Origin: Candidatus Hermodarchaeota archaeon
GTDB taxonomy: Archaea > Asgardarchaeota > Lokiarchaeia > Sigyniarchaeales > SOKP01
DNA length: 64,000 bases
Direction: 5' to 3'
Assembly (NCBI GenBank): GCA_048885525.1
Contig: JBHLLP010000001.1
Location: forward strand, 54,799-118,798
How positions within the stretch are numbered: position 1 is the first letter of the stretch; the number at the start of each line of letters is the position of its first letter. Under the pieces are notes generated by a model. It was not told the DNA's origin and did no database searches. It was given only the letters and a program-made list of their open reading frames with translations. The position numbers were made by a program, and so were the translations under genes. Below, one piece after another: positions 27,524 to 37,249 of this stretch.

Positions 27524-30500
27524 AATCCTCCCTCCAATACTTTTTTTAAATAAGATGCGGTGGGTGTATTTAGTTCTGCAACTTCTTCGGGAGGACCTTT
27601 AGCAATAATTTGACCTCCTTTTGGTCCCGCTCCTGGTCCTAATTCAATAATCCAATCGCATGATGCTAACACATAAGGATGATGTTCAATTACAACTACA
27701 GTATGACCTCTATTAATTAAAAGGTGTAACACATCAATTAAATTAGACACATCCTCCATATGCTGTCCAATAGTCGGTTCATCTAAAATATAGAGCGTTT
27801 TTTTGTTGGATTTCTTCGATAATTCCTTCACTATTTTAAGTCTTTGAGCTTCACCTCCAGAAAGAGTACGAGCGGGCTGATTTAATTGCAAATAACCTAA
27901 ACCTACTTTCCTAGCATAATTTAATTTTGAATGAATTGTTTCAAAATCTTTAAACAATTCATAAGCTTCATCAATTGTTAAATTATTTATGTCTGGCAAC
28001 GAAACACCTTTAAAGTATATTCGCCAAGCTTCAGCAAGATAACCAGATCCCTTACAGCTTTCGCAAGTTTCAACAATATCAGGTAAAAATTTCATATCTA
28101 ATTTGATAAAACCACGTCCATTGCAAACGGAACATCTTTTTTTTAATCTTTTTTCATTTAATCTTAAAACCTTTGCATCTTCAGTCTCAGCAAAAATTTT
28201 AAGTATAGAAGGTTCTAAACCTAAGAATTTAAGAGGACTTCCAATTTTTGCTTTAGTTTGATCTACCAATATTGTTTGAGGTAAAGAGCCTTCAATCTTT
28301 TCATATTCCCCGGGATCAATAGGTTCTCGTGATACAGAAGTTGTATGTTTTATAGGCACTAAAGCTCTTCCCAATGTGTCAATTAGTAAAGTACTTTTTC
28401 CTGAACCTGAAACTCCACACAATCCAGTTAATGAACTGTGAGGAATCTCAACTAATTCACCTTTTAGGTTATGCTCTTTTGCTCCAAAAATCTTTAACCA
28501 TTTCTTTGGTTTTCGAGTCTTTCTTGATAATTTAAATTTCCTTTTTCCACTTAACCAGTCTCCCGTAATAGTATTAGATTTTATAACTTCTTCTAAAGTT
28601 CCTTTAGCTACAATTTCGCCACCGTTGGCTCCTGCTCCTGGTCCCATATCAATAATGTAATCAGCGAATTCTAAAAATAGAGGATCATGTTCTATTATAA
28701 TAATTGTATTGCCTTTATTTCGTAATTTAATTAGAACCTTTAATAATGCCATTAGTTCAGAAGGATGTAAACCCCTTGAGGGTTCATCAAGTAGAATAGT
28801 TAAAGACGTTAATTCACTCCCTAATAGTCCAGCTAATCGTACTCTCTGAGCTTCTCCAGCTGAAAGGCTCTCAGCAATGCGATTTAAATTAATATATCCT
28901 AATCCCGTTTTGATTAGAAATTCCAAACGAATCAAAATGACCTTAAGGCTATTTTTCACAAAATCTGGTATTTTATCTTCATTCTTTCCTTTTTTAAGAA
29001 TTTCAAAGAGTTCATTCAATGGAATCTCGCACATCTGTGGGATGTTATATCCATAAAGAGAGATAGCTAGATATTGAGGACGTAATTTCATTCCATGACA
29101 TTCATTGCATACTTCCTTATCTGTATAGGTCCCTCCTACATCCCAATCTCTTAACCAGTGCTCATAAAACCCTTTGAATTGAACTACTTTATTATAGATT
29201 TGTCCTTTTTTGTTTTCAAATTCTACATCTAAAGGTTCTTTTTCTCCAAATACAAATGCATTTTTTGCTAGTTCTGACATGTCATTCCAAGTTGTTGAAA
29301 ATGGATCAAAACCATAACGAGCTGCGAGAGCCTGAACTATATAATAACCCCCGTTATATGGTTTACATAGGTATCCTTTTGGAAAAAACCCGGGAGAGTA
29401 CATAGCGCCACTGCATAATGGTTTTTCAGGGTGAATTATTAATTTGTTTGGATTAGGGACTTGAAATGATCCTACTCCATGGCACTTAAGACAAGCTGCA
29501 GAATAATTTGTAGGTATGAAATGTCTTGGTTTTGCAAAAACTATTGAAGTATTACACTTCTTACAAACCCATTTTTCTTCTCTTTCCATCCACTGATTGC
29601 ATTTAGGACAAGTTCGCTTTCCCATATAAGAAAATATATTCGACAAATGGAGTATTATGTCTGTAGCCTTTCCTATAGTATTTCTGAGATTAAAATACCA
29701 TCCATGTATAATTTTTTCAGGGATAATTGATGCTGTTATACCTAAACCTTGAATATTTTCTACTAGAGCTTCAGTGCTTTCTTTTATACCTTGTCTTTCA
29801 TACATCGATAATGTTTCTAAATACCTACGTCGTGCTTCTGTTTCAAGTGTATCTATTATCAAACTGGATTTACCTGATCCAGAGACTCCTGTGATTACAG
29901 TTAATTTCTTTTTTGGTATTTTAACATTTACATTCTTTAAATTATGAATATGAGCATTTTGAATAATAATATTTTCTGAACTTTCTCGTTTCTTCTTTAC
30001 TTTTTCAATTAATGGTAAGGTTTTTTCCTCTTCTTTCAAAGCTCGAGCTGTAAGAGATGAATGTATATCCATAAATTCTTTTAACGAACCCTGATAAATT
30101 ATTTCTCCACCAGAAGGTCCAGAACCTGGACCAAGGTCTATAATCCAATCAGCAGCTCTTATAATGTCTATATTATGTTCAACTACAACTAAAGTTGCTC
30201 CATTTTGAATCAAGTTATTCAAAATTTTTAGTAACCCTGCTAAATCCTGGGGGTGCAATCCTGTTGAAGGTTCATCAAGAATAATTAAATGGTCCTTTAG
30301 AGTCTTTCTACCAAGGTATTTTGATAATTTAATTCGTTGAGCTTCACCCCCAGATAATGTTGGTGAGGGTTGGCCTAAAGAAAGATATCCCAAACCGATA
30401 TCATTAAGAGCTTTTAACATTTGATTTGCAGAATTTAGATCTCCAATAGATAATCGCTTCTCTTTATCTAAAATCTTAACAACCTCTGAAATTGGTATAT

Positions 30501-32409
30501 CATAGAATTCTGCAATAGAATATTCTTTATCTTCAAACTTAACTTTTTCAGTAAGAATCTCTTCAGAAAATCTCTGACCATTACAATCTGGGCAATCAAT
30601 CCAATTAGAAGGTAAATATCTCATTTTAATTTCAAGGGCACCCATTCCATTGCATGTTGGACATTGACCTTCTGGAGTATTAAATGAAAAATAAGTAGCA
30701 TTAAATCTAGTAGCCTTAGCAAACACTTTTCTAATAAGATCAGCTATCTTTGTATATGTAGCAGGATTTGATCTAGGATTTTTGCCAATGGGTCCTTGAT
30801 CTACCATTATAGGTTTAACATTTGGACCTTTTATTCCATCACAACCAATAGTTTCCTTTCCTTTTAATGTGGAAAATAATACATTTTCAACTAAAGTACT
30901 TTTTCCCGAACCAGATACGCCTGTGATGACCGTTAGACGATTTAAAGGGATCTTACAACTAATATTCTTCAAATTATGCTTTTTAGCATTCTCTACTGTA
31001 AGAAATAATTGAGGTTTAGGTCTATATTTGGGAATTTTTACTTTTTCTCTTGAACTAAAAAACTTACCTGTTGGTGTCTCTGCTTTCCATAACTCAGCAG
31101 GAGTTCCAGTAAATATGATTTCACCCCCATATCTTCCAGCTCCGGGACCGATATCAATCACATTATCTGCAGATAATGCAGCTTGCCGGTCATGTTCAAT
31201 ATAAATCACTGGACCCTCAAGATTGTGAAGTACTGGTAATAATCGTGCGACATCAGCGGGATGTTGACCAATCGTCGGTTCATCAAGTATATGTGTTATA
31301 TCCTCTAATTCACTTAATAATGCAATAGCTAGTCGAACTCTTTGAGACTCCCCTCTTGATAAAGTTGGAGAAACTCGATCTAACGTTAGATAGTCTAGAC
31401 CTACAGTCTTTAATGCAAGCAGACGTTTTTTGATTTCTTGTAGTAATCTATTTGTAATTGGTAATTCCTCTTTAGAGAAGTAAGTGATTAGTTCTCCCAC
31501 TGATTTTGTTAATATTTGGGAAAATAACATACCTTCCCAAGAAACATTAGATGCTAGTGGATGATATCCTGTTTTATTACATTCTTTACACCCTCTTCCC
31601 TTACAATGAGGACAATTTTTCTTAAAGTGTGTAGGTTCAAGCTCACCAAACCAATTGCCACATTCCACACATATAGGAACTCGAGAAATGATAGATTTTA
31701 CTGATTTTCCTTCAACAATTAATGAATTTGCCCCTAATGAGGAGATAGTTTTAACTATATTTCGAATCTCATTAATATTGCTGCTTGCGGTCACTTGACC
31801 AATTTGAATCTGAATATCATGAGATTCCTTTGGATTTAATTCTGTCCTTACAGGTTTTCCGTCAACTAAAACTGCTTCAAAACCAAATTCCTTCTTTAGA
31901 AGTTCAATTAAGGTTTGATGACTCCCTTTTATTTTTCTTACTAAAAGAGCAGAAATAATTAATGATTCTCTTTTTCTCAATCCATCTACTTTAGCGATAA
32001 TCTCGTCTTCTTTTAAAACAGACAAATTACTACCACATACATGGCATTTTCTATCACCAAATCTGGCATATAAAATCTTTAAAAGCGGAATAAGACCTAT
32101 TGCTGATGCTAAGATGGAATTTGGATTTCGATTAAGAACATTCTGTCCAAGAGCTATTGTAGGTCCTAGTCCAGTTATAGACCTTACTTTCGCAGGACTT
32201 AATTTTATTTCATCTTTACTAACTGAAAATGCTTCTAAAAACCTGCGACGAGCTTCCTTATACAATATGTCGAAAATAAGTGAAGTTTTTCCCGAACCAG
32301 AAACACCAGTTATCACCGTTAGCCCGTCTTTTATATCAACATCAACATTCTTTAAATTATGTTCCTCTGCTCCACGAATTTTTATCTCCATATTACTTCT
32401 AACATCCAT
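27520..32409 (-). CDS. Tandem-duplicated UvrA-like ABC ATPase (two complete UvrA units, four nucleotide-binding domains)
   Basis: 1629 aa. Four Walker A motifs (three GVSGSGKST/S plus one GLCGVSGSGKST), four signature motifs (LSRGESQR, LSGGEAQR, LSAGEAQR, LSGGEAQR) and multiple CxxC zinc modules. Each half starts with the UvrA-typical I..A.EHNLKN. Confidence 0.9.
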   Translation of the reverse strand: MDVRSNMEIKIRGAEEHNLKNVDVDIKDGLTVITGVSGSGKTSLIFDILYKEARRRFLEAFSVSKDEIKLSPAKVRSITGLGPTIALGQNVLNRNPNSILASAIGLIPLLKILYARFGDRKCHVCGSNLSVLKEDEIIAKVDGLRKRESLIISALLVRKIKGSHQTLIELLKKEFGFEAVLVDGKPVRTELNPKESHDIQIQIGQVTASSNINEIRNIVKTISSLGANSLIVEGKSVKSIISRVPICVECGNWFGELEPTHFKKNCPHCKGRGCKECNKTGYHPLASNVSWEGMLFSQILTKSVGELITYFSKEELPITNRLLQEIKKRLLALKTVGLDYLTLDRVSPTLSRGESQRVRLAIALLSELEDITHILDEPTIGQHPADVARLLPVLHNLEGPVIYIEHDRQAALSADNVIDIGPGAGRYGGEIIFTGTPAELWKAETPTGKFFSSREKVKIPKYRPKPQLFLTVENAKKHNLKNISCKIPLNRLTVITGVSGSGKSTLVENVLFSTLKGKETIGCDGIKGPNVKPIMVDQGPIGKNPRSNPATYTKIADLIRKVFAKATRFNATYFSFNTPEGQCPTCNGMGALEIKMRYLPSNWIDCPDCNGQRFSEEILTEKVKFEDKEYSIAEFYDIPISEVVKILDKEKRLSIGDLNSANQMLKALNDIGLGYLSLGQPSPTLSGGEAQRIKLSKYLGRKTLKDHLIILDEPSTGLHPQDLAGLLKILNNLIQNGATLVVVEHNIDIIRAADWIIDLGPGSGPSGGEIIYQGSLKEFMDIHSSLTARALKEEEKTLPLIEKVKKKRESSENIIIQNAHIHNLKNVNVKIPKKKLTVITGVSGSGKSSLIIDTLETEARRRYLETLSMYERQGIKESTEALVENIQGLGITASIIPEKIIHGWYFNLRNTIGKATDIILHLSNIFSYMGKRTCPKCNQWMEREEKWVCKKCNTSIVFAKPRHFIPTNYSAACLKCHGVGSFQVPNPNKLIIHPEKPLCSGAMYSPGFFPKGYLCKPYNGGYYIVQALAARYGFDPFSTTWNDMSELAKNAFVFGEKEPLDVEFENKKGQIYNKVVQFKGFYEHWLRDWDVGGTYTDKEVCNECHGMKLRPQYLAISLYGYNIPQMCEIPLNELFEILKKGKNEDKIPDFVKNSLKVILIRLEFLIKTGLGYINLNRIAESLSAGEAQRVRLAGLLGSELTSLTILLDEPSRGLHPSELMALLKVLIKLRNKGNTIIIIEHDPLFLEFADYIIDMGPGAGANGGEIVAKGTLEEVIKSNTITGDWLSGKRKFKLSRKTRKPKKWLKIFGAKEHNLKGELVEIPHSSLTGLCGVSGSGKSTLLIDTLGRALVPIKHTTSVSREPIDPGEYEKIEGSLPQTILVDQTKAKIGSPLKFLGLEPSILKIFAETEDAKVLRLNEKRLKKRCSVCNGRGFIKLDMKFLPDIVETCESCKGSGYLAEAWRIYFKGVSLPDINNLTIDEAYELFKDFETIHSKLNYARKVGLGYLQLNQPARTLSGGEAQRLKIVKELSKKSNKKTLYILDEPTIGQHMEDVSNLIDVLHLLINRGHTVVVIEHHPYVLASCDWIIELGPGAGPKGGQIIAKGPPEEVAELNTPTASYLKKVLEGGL

Positions 32410-34923
32410 TTAATTAAGATACGGACCAGTCTTGGATTTTTTATTCATTTTTATATCTGTTGAAGTACCTTCTGCGATAATCTTTCCTCCTTTAGGCCCT
32501 CCCTCAGGTCCTAATTCTATGATGTAATCGCAATATGAAAGAATCTCGGGATCATGTTCTATAATTATAACAGAATTACCTTCCCTAACTAATTTTTCAA
32601 GTAATTCCATTAGTTTTATTGCATCATAAAATGATAATCCAACTGTTGGCTCATCCAAAATATAAAGGGATTTCCCTTTTCTAACTTTTCCCAGTTCCTT
32701 TGCTAATTTTATACGTTGAGCTTCTCCCCCACTTAGAGTAGGAGCGGGTTGTCCAAGCTCAATATATCCCATTCCAATATCATCTAAAATATTAAGTACT
32801 TTTGAGATGCTTTCTTGTGTTTTAAATAATTCATTAGCTTCGTTAACAGTTATTCCAAGCACATCTGCTATGGATTTCCTTTTATACTTGATTTCTAATA
32901 TCTCTGGTTTATATCTTGATCCTTTACACTCTTTACAGGGGATTGTAAAACTTGTAAGGAATGAGACTTGAAGATCTTGAACTCCTTGCCCCTTACATGC
33001 TGGGCAACGTCCTCTGTCAGAATTATAGGAAAAGTGTCCTGTAGTAAATTTACGTTTCTTAGCTTCAGCAGTTTTTGAAAATAAGTTGCGTATCTTGTCC
33101 CAAATACCGATAAATGAGCAAGGAGTGGATGTTCGTACTCTCGATATAGGTTTTTGATTAACTACTATGACTTCATCAATATTTTCCCATCCCTCTACCT
33201 GTCCAAAGTATTCTAATAATCCTTCACCATTTTCTTCATTTTCTTCCTCTTCCCCATTAATACTTTTTTGTTTTCCTTTTCTTTTAACTCTTCTCTTAAA
33301 GTATGGTTTTAACAAAGGTACTAGTGTATCTAAAATAAGCGAGCTCTTACCAGAACCTGAAACACCCGCAACTCCTACCATTACGCCCAATGGTATTTTT
33401 ACTGTAACATTCTTCAGGTTATTTGTATTGGCATTACTTAATGTTATATATTTCGTAGTTCTATCAATATGCCTTAATGATTCAATTTCCTTTTTAGGCA
33501 ATTCTATTTGCCCTGCGAGGAATTGTCCTGTATATGATTCCTTAATCTGTTTAATGCCATCTAAAGCTCCTTGATAAACTATTTCACCACCATGAATACC
33601 AGCCCCGGGACCGATATCGATGATTTCATCAGCAATCTCAATAAACCGCTTATCATGCTCAACTACTATAATAGTATTTCCCAAATCCTTTAATTGCTGC
33701 AGTAGAGTAACTAATGAATCTTTTTCAAGCTCGTGCAAACTCATACTGGGTTCATCTAAAATATATATTAATGAGTCTAGACCTCCATCTAAATGAGTCA
33801 TAAGTGATAATCTTTGTAATTCTCCCCCACTAAGTGTTGGTAAAGAGCGGTGTAAGTGAAGATAGGAAAGTCCAACATTAACCATCCGCTTTAAACCTAG
33901 TTTTACATTATCAAGTATCGCTCTTCCTTGAGGTCTTTTTATATCTTCATCACTTAAATTATCGAAATGTTCTTGTAATTCATCAATAGTCATCATAGCT
34001 AACTCACCAATATGTTTTTCAGAGATTTTAATTCCTCGTGCTTCTTCATTAATTCTATATCCTTGACAATCTTCACATTTCTTCTTGGACATGTATTCCT
34101 TAGTAATCTTGTTCTTTCTATAATCACTCTTACCTTCAGTCATTGCACGTTCCATGTGGGGTATGATACCTTCAAATACACGTTCCAATTCTCCCTGAAA
34201 AGTCTTTGATTCCCACCAAAACTTTAACTTTTTACCCTTACTACCATATAGATATAAGTCTTTTATTTCCTGAGGTAAGTCCTTGTAGGGAGTATTCATA
34301 TTAAAATCAAAGAAATTAGGGAGTTGTTCTACGAATTTGATTTGATCGGCAAAACAACCAGAACCCGCTTTTGTAATCTGCATTAAAGTTCTACTATAAT
34401 CTTGAACGATCATTTCTTCAGTGAAATGCATCTCATATCCGCGACCCTTACAAGTTAAGCACATCCCTGAAGGTTCATTAAAGGAAAAATGCTTAATTTG
34501 CTTGCGATCCACAACCATCCCACATATGTCGCATTCGAGGGTTGATTGGTTCACTGGTTCTTTGCAAATAGGACATAAAAGGATACCTTGAGTAGCATAT
34601 AGCATCCTAATTAAACTATAAATCCCTGTTTTTGTACCAACTGTAGACCGGGGATTAAATACGCGTGTAGTCCTCTGTTCTACTGCCACGGTAGGACTTA
34701 ACCCTTCGATCATATCGAAAGGTTTTTCATCTTCAAACTTAGGTGGGAACCCAATAGATTGAAGATATCGATTCATTCCTTCATCAAATATAATATCAAA
34801 TGCCAAGCTAGACTTTCCCGATCCAGAAACACCTGTTATTAGGATCATCTTCCCTTTAGGAATATCGACATCTATATCTTTTAAATTATGAATTCTTGCT
34901 CCTCTTACCTTTATTATATCCAT
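32410..34923 (-). CDS. UvrA-like ABC ATPase lacking the UvrB-binding domain (class II / UvrA2-like)
   Basis: 837 aa. IKVRGARIHNLKDIDVDIPKGKMILITGVSGSGKSSLAFD, two signature motifs LSGGELQR / LSGGEAQR, and a C-terminal CPACKGQG...CKECKGSRY zinc finger. Only about 35 aa separate CPIC from FSFNEPSGMCLTCKGRG, where canonical UvrA carries the roughly 130-aa UvrB-binding domain. Confidence 0.9.
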   Translation of the reverse strand: MDIIKVRGARIHNLKDIDVDIPKGKMILITGVSGSGKSSLAFDIIFDEGMNRYLQSIGFPPKFEDEKPFDMIEGLSPTVAVEQRTTRVFNPRSTVGTKTGIYSLIRMLYATQGILLCPICKEPVNQSTLECDICGMVVDRKQIKHFSFNEPSGMCLTCKGRGYEMHFTEEMIVQDYSRTLMQITKAGSGCFADQIKFVEQLPNFFDFNMNTPYKDLPQEIKDLYLYGSKGKKLKFWWESKTFQGELERVFEGIIPHMERAMTEGKSDYRKNKITKEYMSKKKCEDCQGYRINEEARGIKISEKHIGELAMMTIDELQEHFDNLSDEDIKRPQGRAILDNVKLGLKRMVNVGLSYLHLHRSLPTLSGGELQRLSLMTHLDGGLDSLIYILDEPSMSLHELEKDSLVTLLQQLKDLGNTIIVVEHDKRFIEIADEIIDIGPGAGIHGGEIVYQGALDGIKQIKESYTGQFLAGQIELPKKEIESLRHIDRTTKYITLSNANTNNLKNVTVKIPLGVMVGVAGVSGSGKSSLILDTLVPLLKPYFKRRVKRKGKQKSINGEEEENEENGEGLLEYFGQVEGWENIDEVIVVNQKPISRVRTSTPCSFIGIWDKIRNLFSKTAEAKKRKFTTGHFSYNSDRGRCPACKGQGVQDLQVSFLTSFTIPCKECKGSRYKPEILEIKYKRKSIADVLGITVNEANELFKTQESISKVLNILDDIGMGYIELGQPAPTLSGGEAQRIKLAKELGKVRKGKSLYILDEPTVGLSFYDAIKLMELLEKLVREGNSVIIIEHDPEILSYCDYIIELGPEGGPKGGKIIAEGTSTDIKMNKKSKTGPYLN

Positions 34924-34938
34924 TTTTGACCCCCATTT

Positions 34939-35610
34939 TCATTCTATTTTTTGTAATATGTAAGTTGTACATTCAAAACCCGTGGGATTTTTTTTTACCA
35001 TATCGATTTCTGCTAAATGACGTTTAATTTCTTTAATATCGTCAATATTTTCATATTTATTACGCAACTCATTTACTTTCTTTTCTAATGGAGCGTAGTA
35101 TTCCTTCCACCAGCATTTTTCAGCCCATGGAATTTGCTTTAAAACATTAAAACCAAATTTTGGAAAATGTTTAAGCTTCTTATCTGCCCAATTATTAGCT
35201 TCACCTGAAATCAAATAACCATTTAACTTTAGTATTCTATTACATTCAGTTATAGCCTTCTTGAAATCAAGAAGATGTATAACCCCTTCTTCCCAAATGA
35301 TATCAAACGTCTCGTCTTCAAATTTTGTATCATATATTGAACGATTAAATATTTCTATTCTATCTGAAAGTCCTTCTTGCTTAATTTTATGATTAAATTT
35401 ATTTAATGAATCCTGATCAATATCTATACCAGTTATTTTTCCATTACTTAACTTAACCAACTCCAAGGAGGGCATTCCAGTACCACATCCAATGTCAAGG
35501 ATGCGTGGTTTATCTATCCTTGGGATGCTTTCAAATGCCATTCTAGTGTATTGTAGAAACACAGCTCGAAGTCCCTCAGCATTTAGTTCTTTTAGTATAT
35601 TTTCAACCAT
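34939..35610 (-). CDS. Class I SAM-dependent methyltransferase
   Basis: Motif I ILDIGCGTGMPSLEL and post-I acidic residue GIDID. 223 aa. Confidence 0.8.
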   Translation of the reverse strand: MVENILKELNAEGLRAVFLQYTRMAFESIPRIDKPRILDIGCGTGMPSLELVKLSNGKITGIDIDQDSLNKFNHKIKQEGLSDRIEIFNRSIYDTKFEDETFDIIWEEGVIHLLDFKKAITECNRILKLNGYLISGEANNWADKKLKHFPKFGFNVLKQIPWAEKCWWKEYYAPLEKKVNELRNKYENIDDIKEIKRHLAEIDMVKKNPTGFECTTYILQKIE

Positions 35611-35627
35611 TTTAAATCAAACCTCCC

Positions 35628-36797
35628 TTAAATTGCTTTTTTTACGGTTTCCCATGCTTTAGTTTCTAATTCCAACCATTCTTGAATACCCCAGTCAATC
35701 TCTGGAATTCGTTCTCTCCAAGCATCCGCCTCTTTTTTTGCCCCATCTAGCACTTTCTCACTCTCATTATTTAATTGTTTTAATTGCTTTTGATAATCTT
35801 TTTCTCCAGCTTCTGTAATTTTGTTACTTTTAAGGAATATTTCTCTAAGTTTACCCAAATTTGGAAGGTCATCTGGTAAAATGAGAGTTTCTAAGTCATG
35901 AATTTTTTTAACGATATCCCCAAATATATCTGAAGCTCTCAGAAGTCCATCATTATTCAACAATTCGCCTGCTTCCTTCAAGAAATCTCTATATAAAATT
36001 CTAAACATAGCCCCCCCAGTCCCGCCGGTTTCCATGTAAATGAACACACTTACTAAACCAAAAATTAAATTTTCATCAGTGAACTCAGTTCCCCAAGTAG
36101 GAAGCATTATTCTCCACTTTTGGAAGCCTGTTAATCCCATATTTTTAATGGGAGGATTATACATGAAATTTACATTTGCTTTTATAGCTGCTGGTATAAG
36201 CTCTTTCAAATCCTTAATCTTTTTTGGTAGGACTAACTCAACTAGTTTATTCTTTGCTGGAAACGGTGCATGCTTACTTCCTCTTGCTGCCTTTAGTTCT
36301 TCATAGGTCATAAGATGAGGATTTGCATATCTATCTGAGATATAAGCCATATTTTTCTCCTCATCTATTCCGTATGTTACAAATGTATGTGCTCCAAAAT
36401 GACCTGATTTTTCATTTGGAATGGGTGTTCCTTCTGCAAAAAAGAAAGGTAGATAAGCGAAGTCAACAAATGTAATTGCAGGTTGCTCTTTCTCTAATAG
36501 AGCCACTAAATTATTATGGGCTACATTTACAGATGCCGTTTCTGTTATTTTAACACTCCCTCCTAAACGATTTAGGACCCGTTCAAATACTTCAGTTTTT
36601 TTCACAGCTAATCCTAAAACCATTGGAAAAGGCATGCGTTTCATGTAAAAATAGAAGAATCCTAATCCAGAGCTTAAACCAACAATCATTGGTTCAGAAA
36701 GTTCAATATCATAGTATGCGAGCACTTTTCTAAGACTAGACATCTGGCAGTTTGCGCCTGCCATGTGTTTAAAATCATCGATTACTATTCTAACCAT
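35628..36797 (-). CDS. Papain-like (BtrH-N / peptidase C39-like) domain protein with DUF4872-like C-terminal domain
   Basis: Candidate nucleophile in HMAGANCQMSSLRKVL and candidate His in GHFGAHTFVTYGIDEE. The C-terminal block METGGTGGAMFRILYRDFLKE is shared with ORF 37250..38677. Confidence 0.6.
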   Translation of the reverse strand: MVRIVIDDFKHMAGANCQMSSLRKVLAYYDIELSEPMIVGLSSGLGFFYFYMKRMPFPMVLGLAVKKTEVFERVLNRLGGSVKITETASVNVAHNNLVALLEKEQPAITFVDFAYLPFFFAEGTPIPNEKSGHFGAHTFVTYGIDEEKNMAYISDRYANPHLMTYEELKAARGSKHAPFPAKNKLVELVLPKKIKDLKELIPAAIKANVNFMYNPPIKNMGLTGFQKWRIMLPTWGTEFTDENLIFGLVSVFIYMETGGTGGAMFRILYRDFLKEAGELLNNDGLLRASDIFGDIVKKIHDLETLILPDDLPNLGKLREIFLKSNKITEAGEKDYQKQLKQLNNESEKVLDGAKKEADAWRERIPEIDWGIQEWLELETKAWETVKKAI

Positions 36798-36809
36798 TTT
36801 ATTTTCCTC

Positions 36810-37238
36810 CTATTTTATATTTGGATTTATTTTCAATCCACATTCATAACATTTTGTATCATGTATACAAATCTCATCACCACATTCGGGGCAAGTATAT
36901 AGCTTTTTTTTTTCTTTGAGCCAAGACTCAACTCCAATTTCTTTAAGTCTCTTCAAATTTTTAATTGGACTAACATTGTACCTACTCACATAAGTATCAT
37001 CAATTTTCTTCAAATTATCACATGGGAATTTTTCACATTCATAACAGTATTCCAATTCCTTTTTCCTAATTGGGGGACAATCTCTTTTAATGAAAGAGCA
37101 ATTTTTATTACGGATTCTACAACCTAAACATCCATATTTAAGACCTTTTTCTTCCAAAAGATTTTTCTTCCTGATTAAATATGACCTACAGGCACCACAA
37201 TAAATTCCACAAGGTGCAGCTAAATTATTATCTATCAT
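36810..37238 (-). CDS. Cys-rich DUF3795-like protein
   Basis: APCGIYCGACRSY, GCLGCRIRNKNC, CYECEKFPC, plus C-terminal CPECGDEICIHDTKCYECG zinc-ribbon-like pairs. Confidence 0.55.
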   Translation of the reverse strand: MIDNNLAAPCGIYCGACRSYLIRKKNLLEEKGLKYGCLGCRIRNKNCSFIKRDCPPIRKKELEYCYECEKFPCDNLKKIDDTYVSRYNVSPIKNLKRLKEIGVESWLKEKKKLYTCPECGDEICIHDTKCYECGLKINPNIK

Positions 37239-37249
37239 TTGATTCTCAC

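Noticed and set aside
32114-32413. Further short ORFs from the track, antisense or off-frame (same-strand) relative to stronger ORFs, at 32114-32413, 33167-33574, 34012-34209, 36040-36306, 38106-38306, 38759-38944, 39651-39842, 41313-41597, 46112-46393, 46367-46651, 46872-47075, 51999-52184, 55011-55208, 56218-56568, 58198-58422, 58438-58701, 62428-62667 and 63704-63931
   Set aside because: Same reasoning. Each lies opposite to, or out of frame with, a well-supported gene (UvrA-like, papain-like, PadR, ICMT-like, channel, MFS, ACAD, ACD, AOR, nitroreductase) and has no motif or start signal.
27520-34923. Reading the UvrA-like genes as the ordinary UvrABC nucleotide-excision-repair locus
   Set aside because: No uvrB or uvrC in the window. 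One paralogue lacks the UvrB-binding domain and the other is a four-NBD tandem fusion. The operon partners (PadR, HNH/papain-like, methyltransferase) are not NER components.
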